From Eledone cirrhosa (taxonomy: Eukaryota): a stretch of 64,000 bases of DNA. The translations under genes and the position numbers were made by a program. Below the pieces are notes generated by a model, which worked only from the letters and a program-made list of their open reading frames with translations, was not told the origin of the DNA and made no database searches. The stretch spans positions 13,702,001 through 13,766,000 of the forward strand of contig OZ024761.1 in the NCBI GenBank assembly GCA_964016885.1, read 5' to 3'. Each line of letters begins with the position of its first letter. Position 1 is the first letter of the stretch. Below, in pieces: positions 28,754 through 41,425 of this stretch.

Positions 28754-29974
28754 ACATCGAAGCTGAAGCTGCAATAGGACAGACCTAAGTCGAATTATAT
28801 AGTTATATTGTTCAATTAAGTCTTCTGTCCCCATTATCTTATTTTACGAATTTTATAAACATACGTAGCTATAGACGATTTTATCACTTCTTTTCAACAT
28901 AAAGCTAATAATAATAAAAATAATAATGATATACGGGCGCTGTTCTTTTATTAATATTAACTCTATATTTTGTTACGGTAATGTTATGTATATATTTAAA
29001 ACATATTTGTAATGTTATTTAGACAGCTTTTGCTATTGTAAATATATATATAGCTTCGTTTGATTGAGAGATCAATATAAATGCATAAGATTTGGTGTTT
29101 ATTTATTAGGTATGAGGCTTATTTTGGAGGGCAACCCCCACCATTCCATCATAAGTTATACCACGTCTCCTCTATTTAAAAATCTAGTTTGAGCTGGTGC
29201 TTGTTATTTTGTTGGGAAGCTGATGTCCCTCCCAATAATTTCTTTTGCATTTAAACTTTCTCACGTAAAATAGAGATCTTACATATACACACATAAATAT
29301 ATATGGCAAAAGTCTGTACGAAAGCCCAGCCTCCAAAAGAGTTTACATCCATATAAATATATAATATAAATATATTATTATATGGCAATTCTTTCAAATG
29401 GAAGTTAAAACTGAGACAAGACGAGGTGGGGTTGTTGTTTTTTTTTTTTTTGATTGCTTTTAAAAATAAAATAGATAAAATATTTATACCGATAAAGGGA
29501 GTTATTACGAAGAAAAAAAATTAAAGGAGAAATATTTTTAGGGATGGGTTAATATGTTTGTAGTTATTGTTTAAAATAAGGAAAAAAACTTACGTTTATA
29601 ACTGGGGCACTCTCTCTCCCCCCTTTCAGTACTAAACTACACAGCCTTACTTTCGTATTCGAGGGTATCCATAGTTTAGATGTTTCTATTATATATTTGT
29701 TGCTGATAATTACACACTAACTACACATTGATGTAACACTTATAAATAAAAGAGAATATTTTTGTGATATTATTATTTTTTCAAATATAATGTGTTATTG
29801 TATTAACACATCGTACCATTGCACACACGCAATTAATGTGTGTGTGTGTGCGTGCGTTTGGGTATGTGCGTACACACGTTTTAGTTTCGTATTAACAGGA
29901 AATGTCATATGTATAATCGTAACATATACACACGCGCATATATATATTTATTACACGTCTCTATATATATATAT

Positions 29975-30207
29975 ATATTAATTCAAAATATTAACAAAAT
30001 AGATATTCTTGTGATCAAGTATATTTTATTATATTATACATATTTCAGAGGTACTGAGTTAACTTCAACAGTACGTCCTCATCAGATAAAGTATTTTATC
30101 TGATGAGGACGTACTGTTGAAGTTAACTCAGTACCTCTGAAATATGTATAATAAAATATACTTGATCACAAGATTATCTATTTTGTTAATATTTTGAATT
30201 AATATTA
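29975..30207. mobile_element. Near-perfect palindrome with hammerhead motif in each arm
   Basis: Centre near 30091; arms ~115 bp. Confidence 0.9.
30092..30158 (+). ncRNA. Type-I hammerhead ribozyme motif
   Basis: UAUUUUAU-CUGAUGA-GGACGUACUG...CAGUACCUCU-GAAAU AUGU AUA-AUAAAAUA; 8-bp stem I. Confidence 0.75.
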
Positions 30208-30350
30208 ATAACTCTGGAAAACCAGATTCGTTGAGTGCTTCCAATCTATTGTAAAACTCATTCTTTGATTTATTCATTGAACCTTGTTTAACTTTTAAAT
30301 ATATATATATATATATATGCACGTATATATATATATATATATATATGCAC

Positions 30351-30393
<43 letters not shown>

Positions 30394-30746
30394 TATATGT
30401 ATACATATATATATATAAATATATAAATACATATATATATATATATATATATATGCACGTATATATATAGAGAGAGAGAGGATAAAGACAGGGAGAAAGA
30501 AAGAGAAAGTGAGATAAACAAAGAAAGAAGGGTAAAGAAAATATAAAGAGGGGTTGGGATAAAGGACAAAACGAAGAGAAAGAAAGAGAGATATATGGTT
30601 GGGAAAACTTGTATTTATATTTAATTTTTTACTTTACAAAAGGTTCACTCCTCCAAGAAAGTAATCCACATAAAGTCAAAGAAACACTATATATATATAT
30701 AGTGACGAAACATAAGTCAATTACATGAACTCATAATCCTTTATTT

Positions 30747-30804
30747 ACTGCTATATATATATTTCAATGATAGCCATTGAGTGGCTATGACCTCATCAGG
30801 CAGT
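30747..30804 (-). ncRNA. Type-I hammerhead ribozyme motif
   Basis: ACUGC-CUGAUGA-GGUC AUAGCCA cucaa UGGCUAU CAUU-GAAAU AUAUAU AUA-GCAGU. Confidence 0.75.
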
Positions 30805-30994
30805 TAGTCAGTTCTTAGATATGCCAGCTCTGTGTTTATAGTGTTGATTGTATCAGAGCCTTGGGACATAGGAGCTTGTTAGGAATAATTTAATCTTGTC
30901 AGCAGGATATATATATATATATATATCCTGCTGGCTTGATTAGGAATAATATAAACTTGTCAGCAGGATATATATATATATATATATATATCCT

Positions 30995-31272
30995 GCTGGC
31001 TTGATTTCTACAGCTGGATGCCCTTCCTAACACCAACCTCATTTACAGTGAGTGCTGGGTGCTTTTTTGCCGTGGCACCTGCACGACTACTTTGCAGTGG
31101 AATGATATGGACCCCAGTCCCTATCATCTCATTTCTACAGCTGAGTAAACTGGAGCAATGTGAAATAAAGTGTCTTGCTCAAGGAAACAACACATCACCC
31201 GGTCTGAGAATTGAACTCACAACCTTTCGATTGCAAGGCCAATGCTCTAACCACTAAGCCATGTGCCTCCAT
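30995..31272 (-). mobile_element. SINE family A lacking its 3' tail
   Basis: Matches family A from ctggcttgattt to the tRNA head. Confidence 0.85.
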
Positions 31273-31299
31273 ATCATATATATATATATATGTGTGTGT

Positions 31300-32575
31300 G
31301 TAGGCCACGATCCTTTTTCATCGTGTCTCTCAATGATTTGAGGTCAGCTCTCACAACCTCTGCCCAGGTCTTTCTTGGTCTTCCTCTACTGCGACCTCCT
31401 TTCACTTCTTCATTCAACGATCATTATCCATGTATATCACATGTCCAAGCTCTGTCTATCTCTAACACTTACATTGCACATCCAACAGAGCATGGTTGCA
31501 TCATTTCTCTGCAGTCTCCACGTCATCCAGTCACTGCTCATGTTTCACTACCATGCAGCATCAAACTTTGCACACAGGTATCACACAGGTGTCCCTTTTC
31601 TATGTAGGGTGTAGCTCTCTGAACTTTTTCCATCATGTCCTTATTCTAGTTATGCTCTCAGAGCATCCCCTTCCATTGCTAATTTATGTTGCCTAGATAG
31701 CAGAAGCTATCAACCATTTCTATGGGTCCTTCTTCTGACTAGAATAGGTTTACATCACAGGCTACCCCTATGCATCCTCCACAAACAAAGTCTTCCCTTC
31801 CTGTTAGCTTACTCATTATCCCACTACATCACCACCGGGTGATGTGTTGTTTCCTTGAGCAAGACACTTTATTTCACATTGCTCCAGTTTACTCAGCTGT
31901 AGAAATGAGATGATAGGGACTGGGGTCCCTATCATTCCACTGCAAAGTGGACGTGTAGGTGCCACGGAAAAAAGCACCCAGCACTCACTGTAAATGAGGT
32001 TGGTGTTAGGAAGGGCATCCAGCTGTAGAAATCAAGCCAGAATCAGTTCCTGTCCCCCCCCCCCTTGCAAGCAGGGAAAAGCGGACGTAAAATGGTGATC
32101 TCTTGTGTACCCAAGATGTACATTTTGTACATCATATGGAGTTTATGCCTACTCCCTTTCTACATACTGAGCACAGTCACTTCCATGGAAGAATCAGGGT
32201 CATATCTTCTCTTCTCACTAGCACTTTAGTTTTGGCTAAGTATACTTTTAGGCTTTTTGATTCTAAATTCTATTTTCATAGGTGGAACTTATTTTCTATG
32301 TCTTCAGCTATAAGGACCAGATCATCTGCATAGAGAAGTTCCCATGGGCAGCCTGTCTTAAACTCCTCTGTTATGGCCTGAAGAACTATGATGAACAGCA
32401 CTGGGCTAAGAACTGAACCATGATGAACTCCAATCTCTACCTTGAATTCCTCGCTAAACTCACTTTACTGACAGCTCCTCTGTTTTAAACTCACCTGTTA
32501 TATATAGCCTGGAGGACTATAATGAATAGTTCAGACTGAGAACTGAACCTTGATGAATTCCTACTTGTACCTTGA
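31300..32575 (-). mobile_element. Decayed RTE-type LINE fragments interrupted by a plus-strand, 5'-truncated SINE A (31835-32098)
   Basis: Reverse strand around 32320-32440 reads GVHHGSVLSP...ELLYADDLVL (reverse transcriptase YADD motif). Confidence 0.75.
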
Positions 32576-33040
32576 TGTTTCCGTGTATTACTGATGGACA
32601 GGAGAATAAGTACTCAATACCGAAGTAGAATTTAATGGCTAAGTGGTGAGCCTTGTTACTCTTGAGTTTCACACTTGTAGCGTCATTAGTTTTGTGTGAT
32701 ATTAGTGAATCTGTGTCAGTGTTTATCTTTCTGACTAAATACGCATGTGTGTGTTTTTCTCAAATTCCTTTTCTCGTTCCTTCCTCTCACTTATTCCTGG
32801 GAAGGTCATGGGCTCAAACACCCTTAACACCGGGTCCATGTCAGAAGCAACCATCTCCAACTGATCCGGCTGGATTGCCAACTGAAACCATCTCATAGAT
32901 GTTGTGATATCAACCAATACTACATGAAATTTTGTTAGTTTATGCAACTGTAGCCACCAATATTGTAAGAATGTTCATTTAAGTTTTCATATTATAAGCA
33001 TTTGAAATCAAGCAATGTTTTTGTGGTCACCCTGTATATA

Positions 33041-33251
33041 CAGGGTGGGCCGTAAGTCGCACACCAAAGCATTATAATAATTTAGTATACATATACATTG
33101 ATTTGTATTAATAATAAAAATTATATTGAAATAACAAAGGTATCGTTTTTATCATGCTATCATTTGTGATTTTAAGGTACTGATTCAGTCCGATGGTTGA
33201 TATTTTGCACGACAGTCCACACTTGATGTGCGTGACTTAAGGCCCACCCTG
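33041..33251. mobile_element. Tc1/mariner-type MITE with TA target duplication
   Basis: TA|CAGGGTGGGCCGTAAGTCGCACAC ... GTGCGTGACTTAAGGCCCACCCTG|TA; abuts a related end ggtcaccctgta at 33025-33036. Confidence 0.85.
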
Positions 33252-33409
33252 TATATTACAGACACACGTTCCTTTCTCTTCTCACTGTTTATCTTTCTAT
33301 CTTTTGATGAAGGACTAGTCCAAAACATTAAGACTCTTCTATTATTTCAAGCATTAAACAAATATATTTCTTCATTGTCATTTGCTTTGTTACTTGTTTA
33401 CTTAACTAC

Positions 33410-33444
<35 letters not shown>

Positions 33445-33874
33445 ATTTTACAGAATATAATTCCTTATTCCAGAAAGTCACCAAAAGAACAAAATCAAAT
33501 TTCTAAACAAATAGAAAAAAAAAGAAAAAAACAACAATTGAATTTCTCTTTTCTTTAATTAAATGTCATTTTTTTTGAAATTTTGAATTTAATGAAAAAG
33601 GAATTTGAGATTTTTTTTTTTTTTCACATAAATAAATTCCACTAAAAATAAAAAAATTAAACAGCAAAAAAAAAAAATTTTAATTTAAATAAAAAAAAAA
33701 AAAAAAAAAATTTAGGCACAAGAGAGAAGGGTAAGATGTTAACATCGACCACAGAATAACACTGATTGTTATTGACCCCCTCGGGTGGAGGAATAGTAAA
33801 TTTGACCTCAGCGGGATTTGAACTCTAAACGCAATGGGTCATAATTTAGTTACAGCTCCCTAAATGTTCAGAGT

Positions 33875-34102
33875 TTAACCCTTTAGCATTTAAACTGGCC
33901 AAATCCGGCCAGCATTCTCTCACCTATTTCTGTTCAAATTGGCTGTAATCAGCCACTCATACTGATGTTAAGGTATTTCTCTCAAAATATATATATCAAA
34001 ATCTCATAGATTCGATATTATGAGAGATAAGTAAGTGAGATAAAGTTGTTACTATGGAAACATAATAGTAAATATAGAGTAATGTAAATGTTAAAGGGTT
34101 AA
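33875..34102. mobile_element. TTAA MITE, complete copy
   Basis: TTAACCCTTTAGCATTTA...TAAATGTTAAAGGGTTAA. Confidence 0.85.
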
Positions 34103-34140
34103 AGAAAATAACGCAAAGCTTTTTTATCCTACATCCTCTA

Positions 34141-34762
34141 ATAATTGTTTCTACTTTAGGCACAAGGCCAGCAATTACCCAGTGCATTACTGGTACTTTA
34201 TTTTATCGACCCCCGTAAGGATGAAAGGCAAAGTTAACCTCGGCGGGACTTGAACTCAGAACGTAAAGGGCCATAACTATGCTGCAAAGGATGGTGTCCG
34301 ACCCTCTACCGATACTGCCAATCCCCCGCCCTGTCATCTACTAATAATTGTTTTTTTCTTTTGGCACAAGGCCAGCAATTACCCAGTACATTACTGGTAC
34401 TTTATTTTATCGACCCCGTAAGGACGAAAGACAAAGTTAACCTCGGCGGGATTTGAACTCAGACCATAAAGGGCCGTAACTCTTTGCTGTAAAGCATGGT
34501 GTCAGACCCTCTGCCGATACTGCCAGTACACCCCCTAACAATATTTAATTTAGGGGGCTGGGGTGGTGGTGTGGGTGGGGGTATGTTGATTATATCAACA
34601 CTCCCCTCCCATTACTCTGACTAGTACTTTAATTTATCAAACCCCTTGAGAATGAAAAGTAAAGCTAACCTCGGCAGGATTTGAACTCAGAACATAAAGG
34701 GCCTTAACTCTATGCTGCAAAGCATGGTGTCTGATGTTCTACCGATACTGCCAATCCCCCAC
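34141..34762 (-). mobile_element. Three head-to-tail SINE B copies
   Basis: Copies at about 34141-34331, 34342-34535, 34585-34762. Confidence 0.85.
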
Positions 34763-35079
34763 CGTTATGATAATAATAGTGTGTAGGATGGGAGTAACCA
34801 TCTTTTGGACTAGAGAAAAAGAGAGGTAGGTATATATATAAGAAACTGAACAGTGTAGACCCTAATATATTACTGGTACATATTCTTACTGACAATAAAA
34901 TACTGAAATGGAATGTCTACCGTGGCAGTCTGTTGGTTTTTTTTCTACTTAGAATGAGAGGGGGATGAAAGGCAGATTTTACAAGCAAAACCAACCAACA
35001 TGTGGTTAAAATAACAGAGGAAAAAATCGCTGGACAGATTTTACAGGCAAAACCAACTGACATGTGGTTAGAATGTCTG

Positions 35080-35123
<44 letters not shown>

Positions 35124-35717
35124 GCTGGACAGATTTTACAGGCAAAACCAACAGGCAGGAGACCCAGGGGTAAACCCCAAGCAAGATGGTTGCACAACAT
35201 CCATGAGGTCACTCGTCTCACTCGGGGATCCAGCTAGATCATTTGGAGATGGTTGCTTCTGACAGGACCTGCTGAAAGGTGTGCCTGAGGACTCTGTCCT
35301 CAACGATCCTCTCAAGAATAAGTGAGTGAGAAGTTTATTTCTACTGCCCTTATTTTTGGCCCAAGTGGCCGATAAAAAAAACCATTATCATTATTGGCAG
35401 AACTGTTATAGCAGTCAGACAAATGCAGAGCAATATTCATTCTGGCTCTTTATTTTCTGAGTTCAAATCCTTCAAAGATCAATTTTGACTTTTCATCTGT
35501 CCAAGGATCTCTAAAACAAAGTGGTCGAAAGTTTTGTATGATAGAATAAAGGGTTTTCAGTTACTTTGGTATCAACAGAGTTAAGACCATTTTTTTCTGC
35601 AGACTGCCCCCAACAGCTGGTTTCATTAGGGTCATGGGTCATTTTGGTTTTTGAGGTTTAATGTTCTATGGCCAGATAACCCTTTTCAATCACAATAAAA
35701 ATAAAACTACTTAATAA

Positions 35718-35935
35718 TAATAGTTTCTACTTTAGGCACAAGACCAGCAATCTGAGGGGGAAGGGAGCGAGGGGGGGAAAAAAATCGATTAAGTCAACCC
35801 CCAGTACGTTACTGGTATTATATTTTATCGACCTCGAAAGGATGAAAGGCAAAGCTGACCTCGTCAGGATTTGAATCTAGAATGTAAAGAATCAGAACAA
35901 ATACTGCAATGGTGTTTTATCTGACACTCTACCAG
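35718..35935 (-). mobile_element. SINE family B
   Basis: Same core and tail. Confidence 0.75.
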
Positions 35936-36065
35936 TTGGGGGGGGGGGGGGCAGTAGTGGAGGTGGTAGTAATAGGGGTTGTTGTAGTAGTAGGTGGAGG
36001 AGGAATAGTGGTGATAGTTGTAGTTGTTGATGTAGGAGAAATAGTAGTGGTAGCAGTAGTAGTAA

Positions 36066-36098
<33 letters not shown>

Positions 36099-36253
36099 GA
36101 GAAATAGTGGTGGGAGTAGTAAGAGGAGGGTGGTTGTGGTGGTGGTGGTCATAGCAGCAATAGACAGTAGCAGTTTTAACAATAGTGATAGTAGAATGTA
36201 ATTATAGTAGTAGTAGTAGTAGTAGTAGTAGTAGCATTATTAATAACAACAAC

Positions 36254-36294
<41 letters not shown>

Positions 36295-36384
36295 TAATAA
36301 ATAAATAAATATATAATATAAGTAAAAGCTTTTAGAAAAAAAACTATAAACAAAAAATATAAAAATTTATCATCATCATCATCA

Positions 36385-36557
36385 TCACATCCTTTTATAG
36401 AGATAAAGATAGCCGAGGTCCTTGGGTGGGTTCTCTGACAAGGCAACTTTCTCGTCGTTGTATATCACCCAGCGGTCATCCTTCAAGATGTGACATACAT
36501 AATGTCCAACCAATGTCGAGGTACCCATGTGACTGATAAAGGCTGCTAATTTGTATT
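36385..36557 (-). CDS. USP5: USP5 last coding exon (His box)
   Basis: [56 protein letters not shown]; cag acceptor. Confidence 0.97.
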
Positions 36558-36762
36558 CTGGAAAAATAAATTAATAAATTTTTTTTTTTAAATAAAATAA
36601 AATAATAATTACTGTATACGGTTGTCCCCAGGTGTTTGCTGGGGTTACTTTCCTAGGGCATCCACGAAGAGTGAAAAACCACAAATATTGGACTGGGTCT
36701 ATACCATAAAAATGTTTCTAGGCGTCAAAACATAAGTAAAATATAGGCCGGCAAATATGGTA

Positions 36763-37098
36763 TCATCATCATCATCATCATTTTACGTCCGCTTTTCCCT
36801 GCTTGCAAGGATGGGACGGGAACTGATTCTGGCTTGATTTCTACAGCTGGATGCCCTTCCTAAAACCAACCTCATTTACAGTGAGTGGTGGGTGCTTTTT
36901 TGCCGTGGTACCTCCACGACCACTTTGCAGTGGAATGATAGGGACCTCAGTCCCTATCATCTCATTTCTACAGCTGAGTAAACTGGAGCAATGTGAAATA
37001 AAGTGTCTTGCTCAAGGAAACAACACATCACCCGGTCTGAGAATTGAACTCACAACCTTTCGATTGCAAGGCCAATGCTCTAACCACTAAGCCATGTG
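36763..37098 (-). mobile_element. SINE family A
   Basis: Nearly full-length copy. Confidence 0.9.
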
Positions 37099-37636
37099 AT
37101 TAATAATTTAGCGTTAAAAAGGGTGAAAAAATATATATCGACAGTCGATCGACTTTCGTCAAATCCGACCGAGGAAACAATGTTTCCGTTGGTCTTTCCA
37201 ATTGCTAATACTATCTGTCAGTCGCAACTCCGGGTAGAAGGAGCAACGTAAAATAAAATGTCTTGCTCAAGGACATAACACATCGCCCGGTGCGAGAATG
37301 GAACTCACAACCTCATAATTGCGAATCCAATTCTCTAACCACTATTGACATGAAAATAGCCAGAGAGAAGTGAAAGAGTGAGAGAAAGGAAGAGAAGTGA
37401 GAGAGAGAGTGAGAGAAAGGAAGAGAAGTGAGAGAGAGAGTGAGAGAAAGGAAGAGAAGTGAGAGAGAGAAAGAGAAAGGAAGACAAATGAGAGAGAGAA
37501 AGGAAGAGAAATGAGAGAGAGGAGAAAGGAAGTGGGAGAAAGGAAGAAAAGTGAGAGAGAGAAAGGAAGAGAAGTGAGAGAGAGAAAGGAAGAGAAATGA
37601 GAGAGAGAGAGAGAAAGTGAAGAGTGTGGTAGTTAC

Positions 37637-37778
37637 TTCCTGATCCGTCAGTGTAATGAATTCCCTCTTGTCGCCCTTCACTCTGCTGTTGTGGTGACTC
37701 ACTCTCGGAGTTCATCTCGGCATCCAGCTCAGCTGTGTGGCTGAGGACCCAGTCAACGGCTCTCTCTACATTGTTGTC
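37637..37778 (-). CDS. USP5: USP5 exon (UBA2 C-terminal half)
   Basis: DNNVERAVDWVLSHTAELDAEMNSES...YTDGSG; AG/GT, 142 nt. Confidence 0.95.
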
Positions 37779-37907
37779 CTGTAGTGGTGAGAGAGAGAGA
37801 GAGTGAGAGTGAGAGAATGTGAGAAGCAGAGAGAAAGATAGACAAATACAGAGAGAGACTGAGAGAGAGAGAGAGAGACTGAGAGAGAGAGAGAGAGATG
37901 TACGTAC

Positions 37908-38044
37908 TGTAGATTTCATAGCTTTAATAGCCTGGTTCCTGCTAAATCCCATCGACATTATGATGGCCAGAGAGTTCTCATCTAGACAACTGTCTGACAC
38001 ATTACTCTGTTTGGTACTCAGGAGTTCCAATGGAGAGTCAAAAT
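37908..38044 (-). CDS. USP5: USP5 exon (UBA2 N-terminal half)
   Basis: DFDSPLELL...IMSMGFSRNQAIKAMKST; 137 nt. Confidence 0.95.
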
Positions 38045-38393
38045 CTGGCAGAAACAAACACACACACATGTTAAACTGGGAAAATATATATATATATATA
38101 TATATATAATAATAAAATGTTTAACATGTACGACACCACACAAATACATTTCACTATCATTTGATAATGCATATAAATGCAGAAACCTTCAATAGACAAT
38201 AATTAAATATATAAATAGATAGATAAATAAATAAATGCCATTGTTAAATAATAAATAAATCAACTAATACCTTAACACAAAGTAAAACATTTCGTTTTAA
38301 TCATTTTCTAAACTAGAAAAAAGAGAAAGAGAGAGACACAAAAAAATAAAAAAAATATATTTTTCTTCCTCATAATCGTCTCTTTCTCCCTGT

Positions 38394-38460
<67 letters not shown>

Positions 38461-38467
<7 letters not shown>

Positions 38468-38616
38468 AAAAAGAGATGAAATCGAAAATGCAACTGGAGT
38501 CTTATTTTTTTTAAAAATATATATATTTTTAAAAAAAATTTTTTTTAAAAATATATATATTTTTAAAAAAAATAAGACTCCAGTTGCATTTTCGATCTCA
38601 TCTCTTTTTCTTTATA
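38461..38616. repeat. Near-perfect palindrome beside (TA)n
   Basis: tataaagaaaaagagatg...gagtcttattttt vs aaaaataagactc...catctctttttctttata. Confidence 0.9.
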
Positions 38617-38671
38617 CTTTCACTCGTGTAGGACACCTCGGTTATTTTTCATTTTGTAAAAAAAACCTCAC

Positions 38672-38724
<53 letters not shown>

Positions 38725-38811
38725 GAGGTTATATTTAATTTGTTGGGATTCAAAAAGCTTAAACATTTTTTATAACTGATATAAAGCATTCAACAGATTA
38801 GTGGAGTAAAT

Positions 38812-39135
38812 ACACAATATATTAATAAATGGAAACTATATTTATAAAACCATATTTATTTTATTATACATATTTCAAGGGCAACCAAGGCAAATTATAG
38901 TGCGCTTTCATCAGATAAAATACAGATTTGTTTTATAAATAAATATTGACATACCCGGAAAAAAAGACAACCTTAACGGTTGGAGCTTCCTGGATATGTC
39001 AATATTTATTTATAAAACAAATCTGTATTTTATCTGATGAAAGCGCACTATAATTTGCCTTGGTTGCCCTTGAAATATGTATAATAAAATAAATATGGTT
39101 TTATAAATGTAGTTTCCATTTATTAATATATTGTA
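38812..39135. mobile_element. Fold-back element (~145-bp arms) with hammerhead in each arm
   Basis: Arms ~38812-38960 / 38987-39135. Confidence 0.9.
39026..39091 (+). ncRNA. Type-I hammerhead ribozyme motif (mirror copy on minus strand ~38857-38922)
   Basis: UAUUUUAU-CUGAUGA-AAGCGCA...UGCCCUU-GAAAU AUGU AUA-AUAAAAUA. Confidence 0.72.
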
Positions 39136-39163
39136 TATATATATATATATATATATAGATATA

Positions 39164-39660
39164 TAATGTAGGAGGTGAGTTTTATTGTAGAACCATAAAA
39201 CAATGCATATATCAGATAAGTAGCACTCAACAGTTGATAGAACTGGAGTATATATAGAAGAAATTAAAAATGGTGGTTAAAAAAGTTCCATATATTTTAT
39301 TATGCGCATTTCAAAAACAAATATCACACCTGTGAACAGGTGTGATATTTGTTTTTGAAATGCGCATAATAAAATATATGGAACTTTTTTAACCACCATT
39401 TTTAATTTCTTCTATATATACTCCAGTTCTATCAACTGTTGAGTGCTACTTATCTGATATATGCATTGTTTTATGGTTCTACAATAAAACTCACCTCCTA
39501 CATTAAAGTGTCCACTTGTTCACAGGTGTTTTTAGGCATCATATCATGTTTTCTTATTTTATCTGATGAAAACGCAATTGTTGTCCCAGGATGATATTTG
39601 TTTTTGAAATGTGCATAAAATATATGGAACTTTTTTAACCATCATTTAATTTCTTATATA
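39164..39660. mobile_element. Palindrome (39164-39504) followed by a direct partial repeat with hammerhead core (39554-39622); Penelope pLTR-like layout
   Basis: ~170-bp arms around cacctgt-ga-acaggtg; GAAATGCGCATAATAAAATA at ~39357, with a GAAATGTGCATAAAATA variant after CTGATGA at 39563. Confidence 0.8.
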
Positions 39661-39710
39661 TATATATATATACAAACACACACATACACTCAAACACACA
39701 TATATATAGG

Positions 39711-39745
<35 letters not shown>

Positions 39746-39770
39746 GATATATATATACACATGCACACAG

Positions 39771-39801
<31 letters not shown>

Positions 39802-39828
39802 CACACTCAAAAACAAACATACACACAG

Positions 39829-40218
39829 CATCATCACCGTTTTATGTCCGTTCTTCCACACTAGCATGGGTTAGACGGGTTGTCCTGTTGTGGGCAGTGT
39901 CCGGTCGGCTGACCTTGTCTTGCTCATACGGGAACTGATTCTGGCTTGATTTCTACAGCTGGATGCCCTTCCTAACACCAACCTCATTTACAGTGAGTGC
40001 TGGGTGCTTTTTTTGCCGTGGTACCTTCACGACCGCTTTGCAGTGGAATGATAGGGACCCCAGTCCCTATCATCTCATTTCTACAGCTGAGAAAAGTGGA
40101 GCAATGTGAAATAAAGTGTCTTGCTCAAGGAAACAACACATCACCCGGTCTGAGAATTGAACTCACAACCTTTTGATTGCAAGCTCAATGCTCTAACCAC
40201 TAAGCCACACGCTTTCAC
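39829..40218 (-). mobile_element. SINE family A variant with a different 3' tail
   Basis: Family A body; tail catcatcaccgttttatgtccg...ctagcatggg. Confidence 0.85.
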
Positions 40219-40301
40219 ATATATATACACATATATATATATATATATACACACATATTGTATGGTATGTTATTGCTTGTATGGTATGTAATTAACCTTT
40301 A

Positions 40302-40347
40302 TGCTCTGATGAGTCCCACTTATAGTGCGGATGAAACAATGTTAGCA
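40302..40347 (+). ncRNA. Minimal type-I hammerhead ribozyme
   Basis: UGCU-CUGAUGA-GUCC CAC uuaua GUG C GGAU-GAAAC AAU GUU-AGCA. Confidence 0.75.
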
Positions 40348-40584
40348 AGTAAAGATATGCATATGCTATAAGCGTTCTTTGTTATTTATTATATTATACA
40401 CACATATATATTAATACTATATATATACTACTTATAAAAAGGAAGTTTGTTTGTGCGTTGACTGTTAATAACACTGAATAAAATTGATAATAATTAAGGT
40501 TTCTCGTGTTTTCAACTAATCTCACCTCCGACATGCTCACAATCGCCCTTTTTTTCCGAAAACATAATGTACGTGTGTTTTTAC

Positions 40585-40728
40585 CTGGATCTCCCATGTG
40601 TTCCATAACCCAGTTAGTTGCAGCTTCCAGTCCATTGTTTTGTGTGTAGTAGACCCCTTTCTGGCAGGCCTCTAGAGGGAAGCCCATATCTAGGAGTTGC
40701 GAGACCAAACTGTCGTCAATCCGGATCT
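40585..40728 (-). CDS. USP5: USP5 exon (UBA1)
   Basis: EIRIDDSLVSQLLDMGFPLEACQKGVYYTQNNGLEAATNWVMEHMGDP; 144 nt. Confidence 0.97.
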
Positions 40729-41323
40729 CTGGAGAGAGAAATACACGAGATAAATGAAGAGTCGGGGCTGTGGGGGAGACCAGCACATGGGACCCCACTT
40801 GCTCACCATATGGAGATTGTAGAGATGGGAAAGGCCAGAGAGATGGAGGCGATGACAGTGGGAGTTTGGCTGTTCTTTCATGTCTGCTTAGGTTACAATT
40901 GCAGTGTGATAGAAGTTCTTCTGTTTACACTAGGTAGATATGTCTACATGTCACAACACCCAATGGTTTCTGATTTAGACACAAGGCCAACAATTTTAGG
41001 GAAGGAGAAAAAAAAAAGGATCGATTGACTTTCGTCAAATGGGACCGAGGAAACAATGTTTCCGTTGGTCTTTCCAGTTGCTAGTACTATCTATCGGTCG
41101 CAACTCCAGGTAGAAGGAGCAACGTGAAAGAAAGTGACTTGCTCAAGGACATAACGCATCGCCCGGTCCAGGAATCGAACTCACAACCTCAAGATTGTGA
41201 ATCCAATTCTCTAACCACTCAGCCACACGCCTTCACAGGGAAGAAGAAAGTCGATTAAATGGACCCCAGTATTCGACTGGTATTCTTTAGGGTTTTATGG
41301 GTAAGGTGAACAGCTTTACTGAC

Positions 41324-41425
41324 CTGGCTCTGCAGATTCTGTAGGCATCTCTTCCTCACCTGGCAACAGGCCAGTACCTTGAAGACCCGTCAAATCTAAT
41401 TCATCAGGGATGTCCATGGACACAT
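41324..41425 (-). CDS. USP5: USP5 exon
   Basis: DVSMDIPDELDLTGLQGTGLLPGEEEMPTESAEP; 102 nt. Confidence 0.95.
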
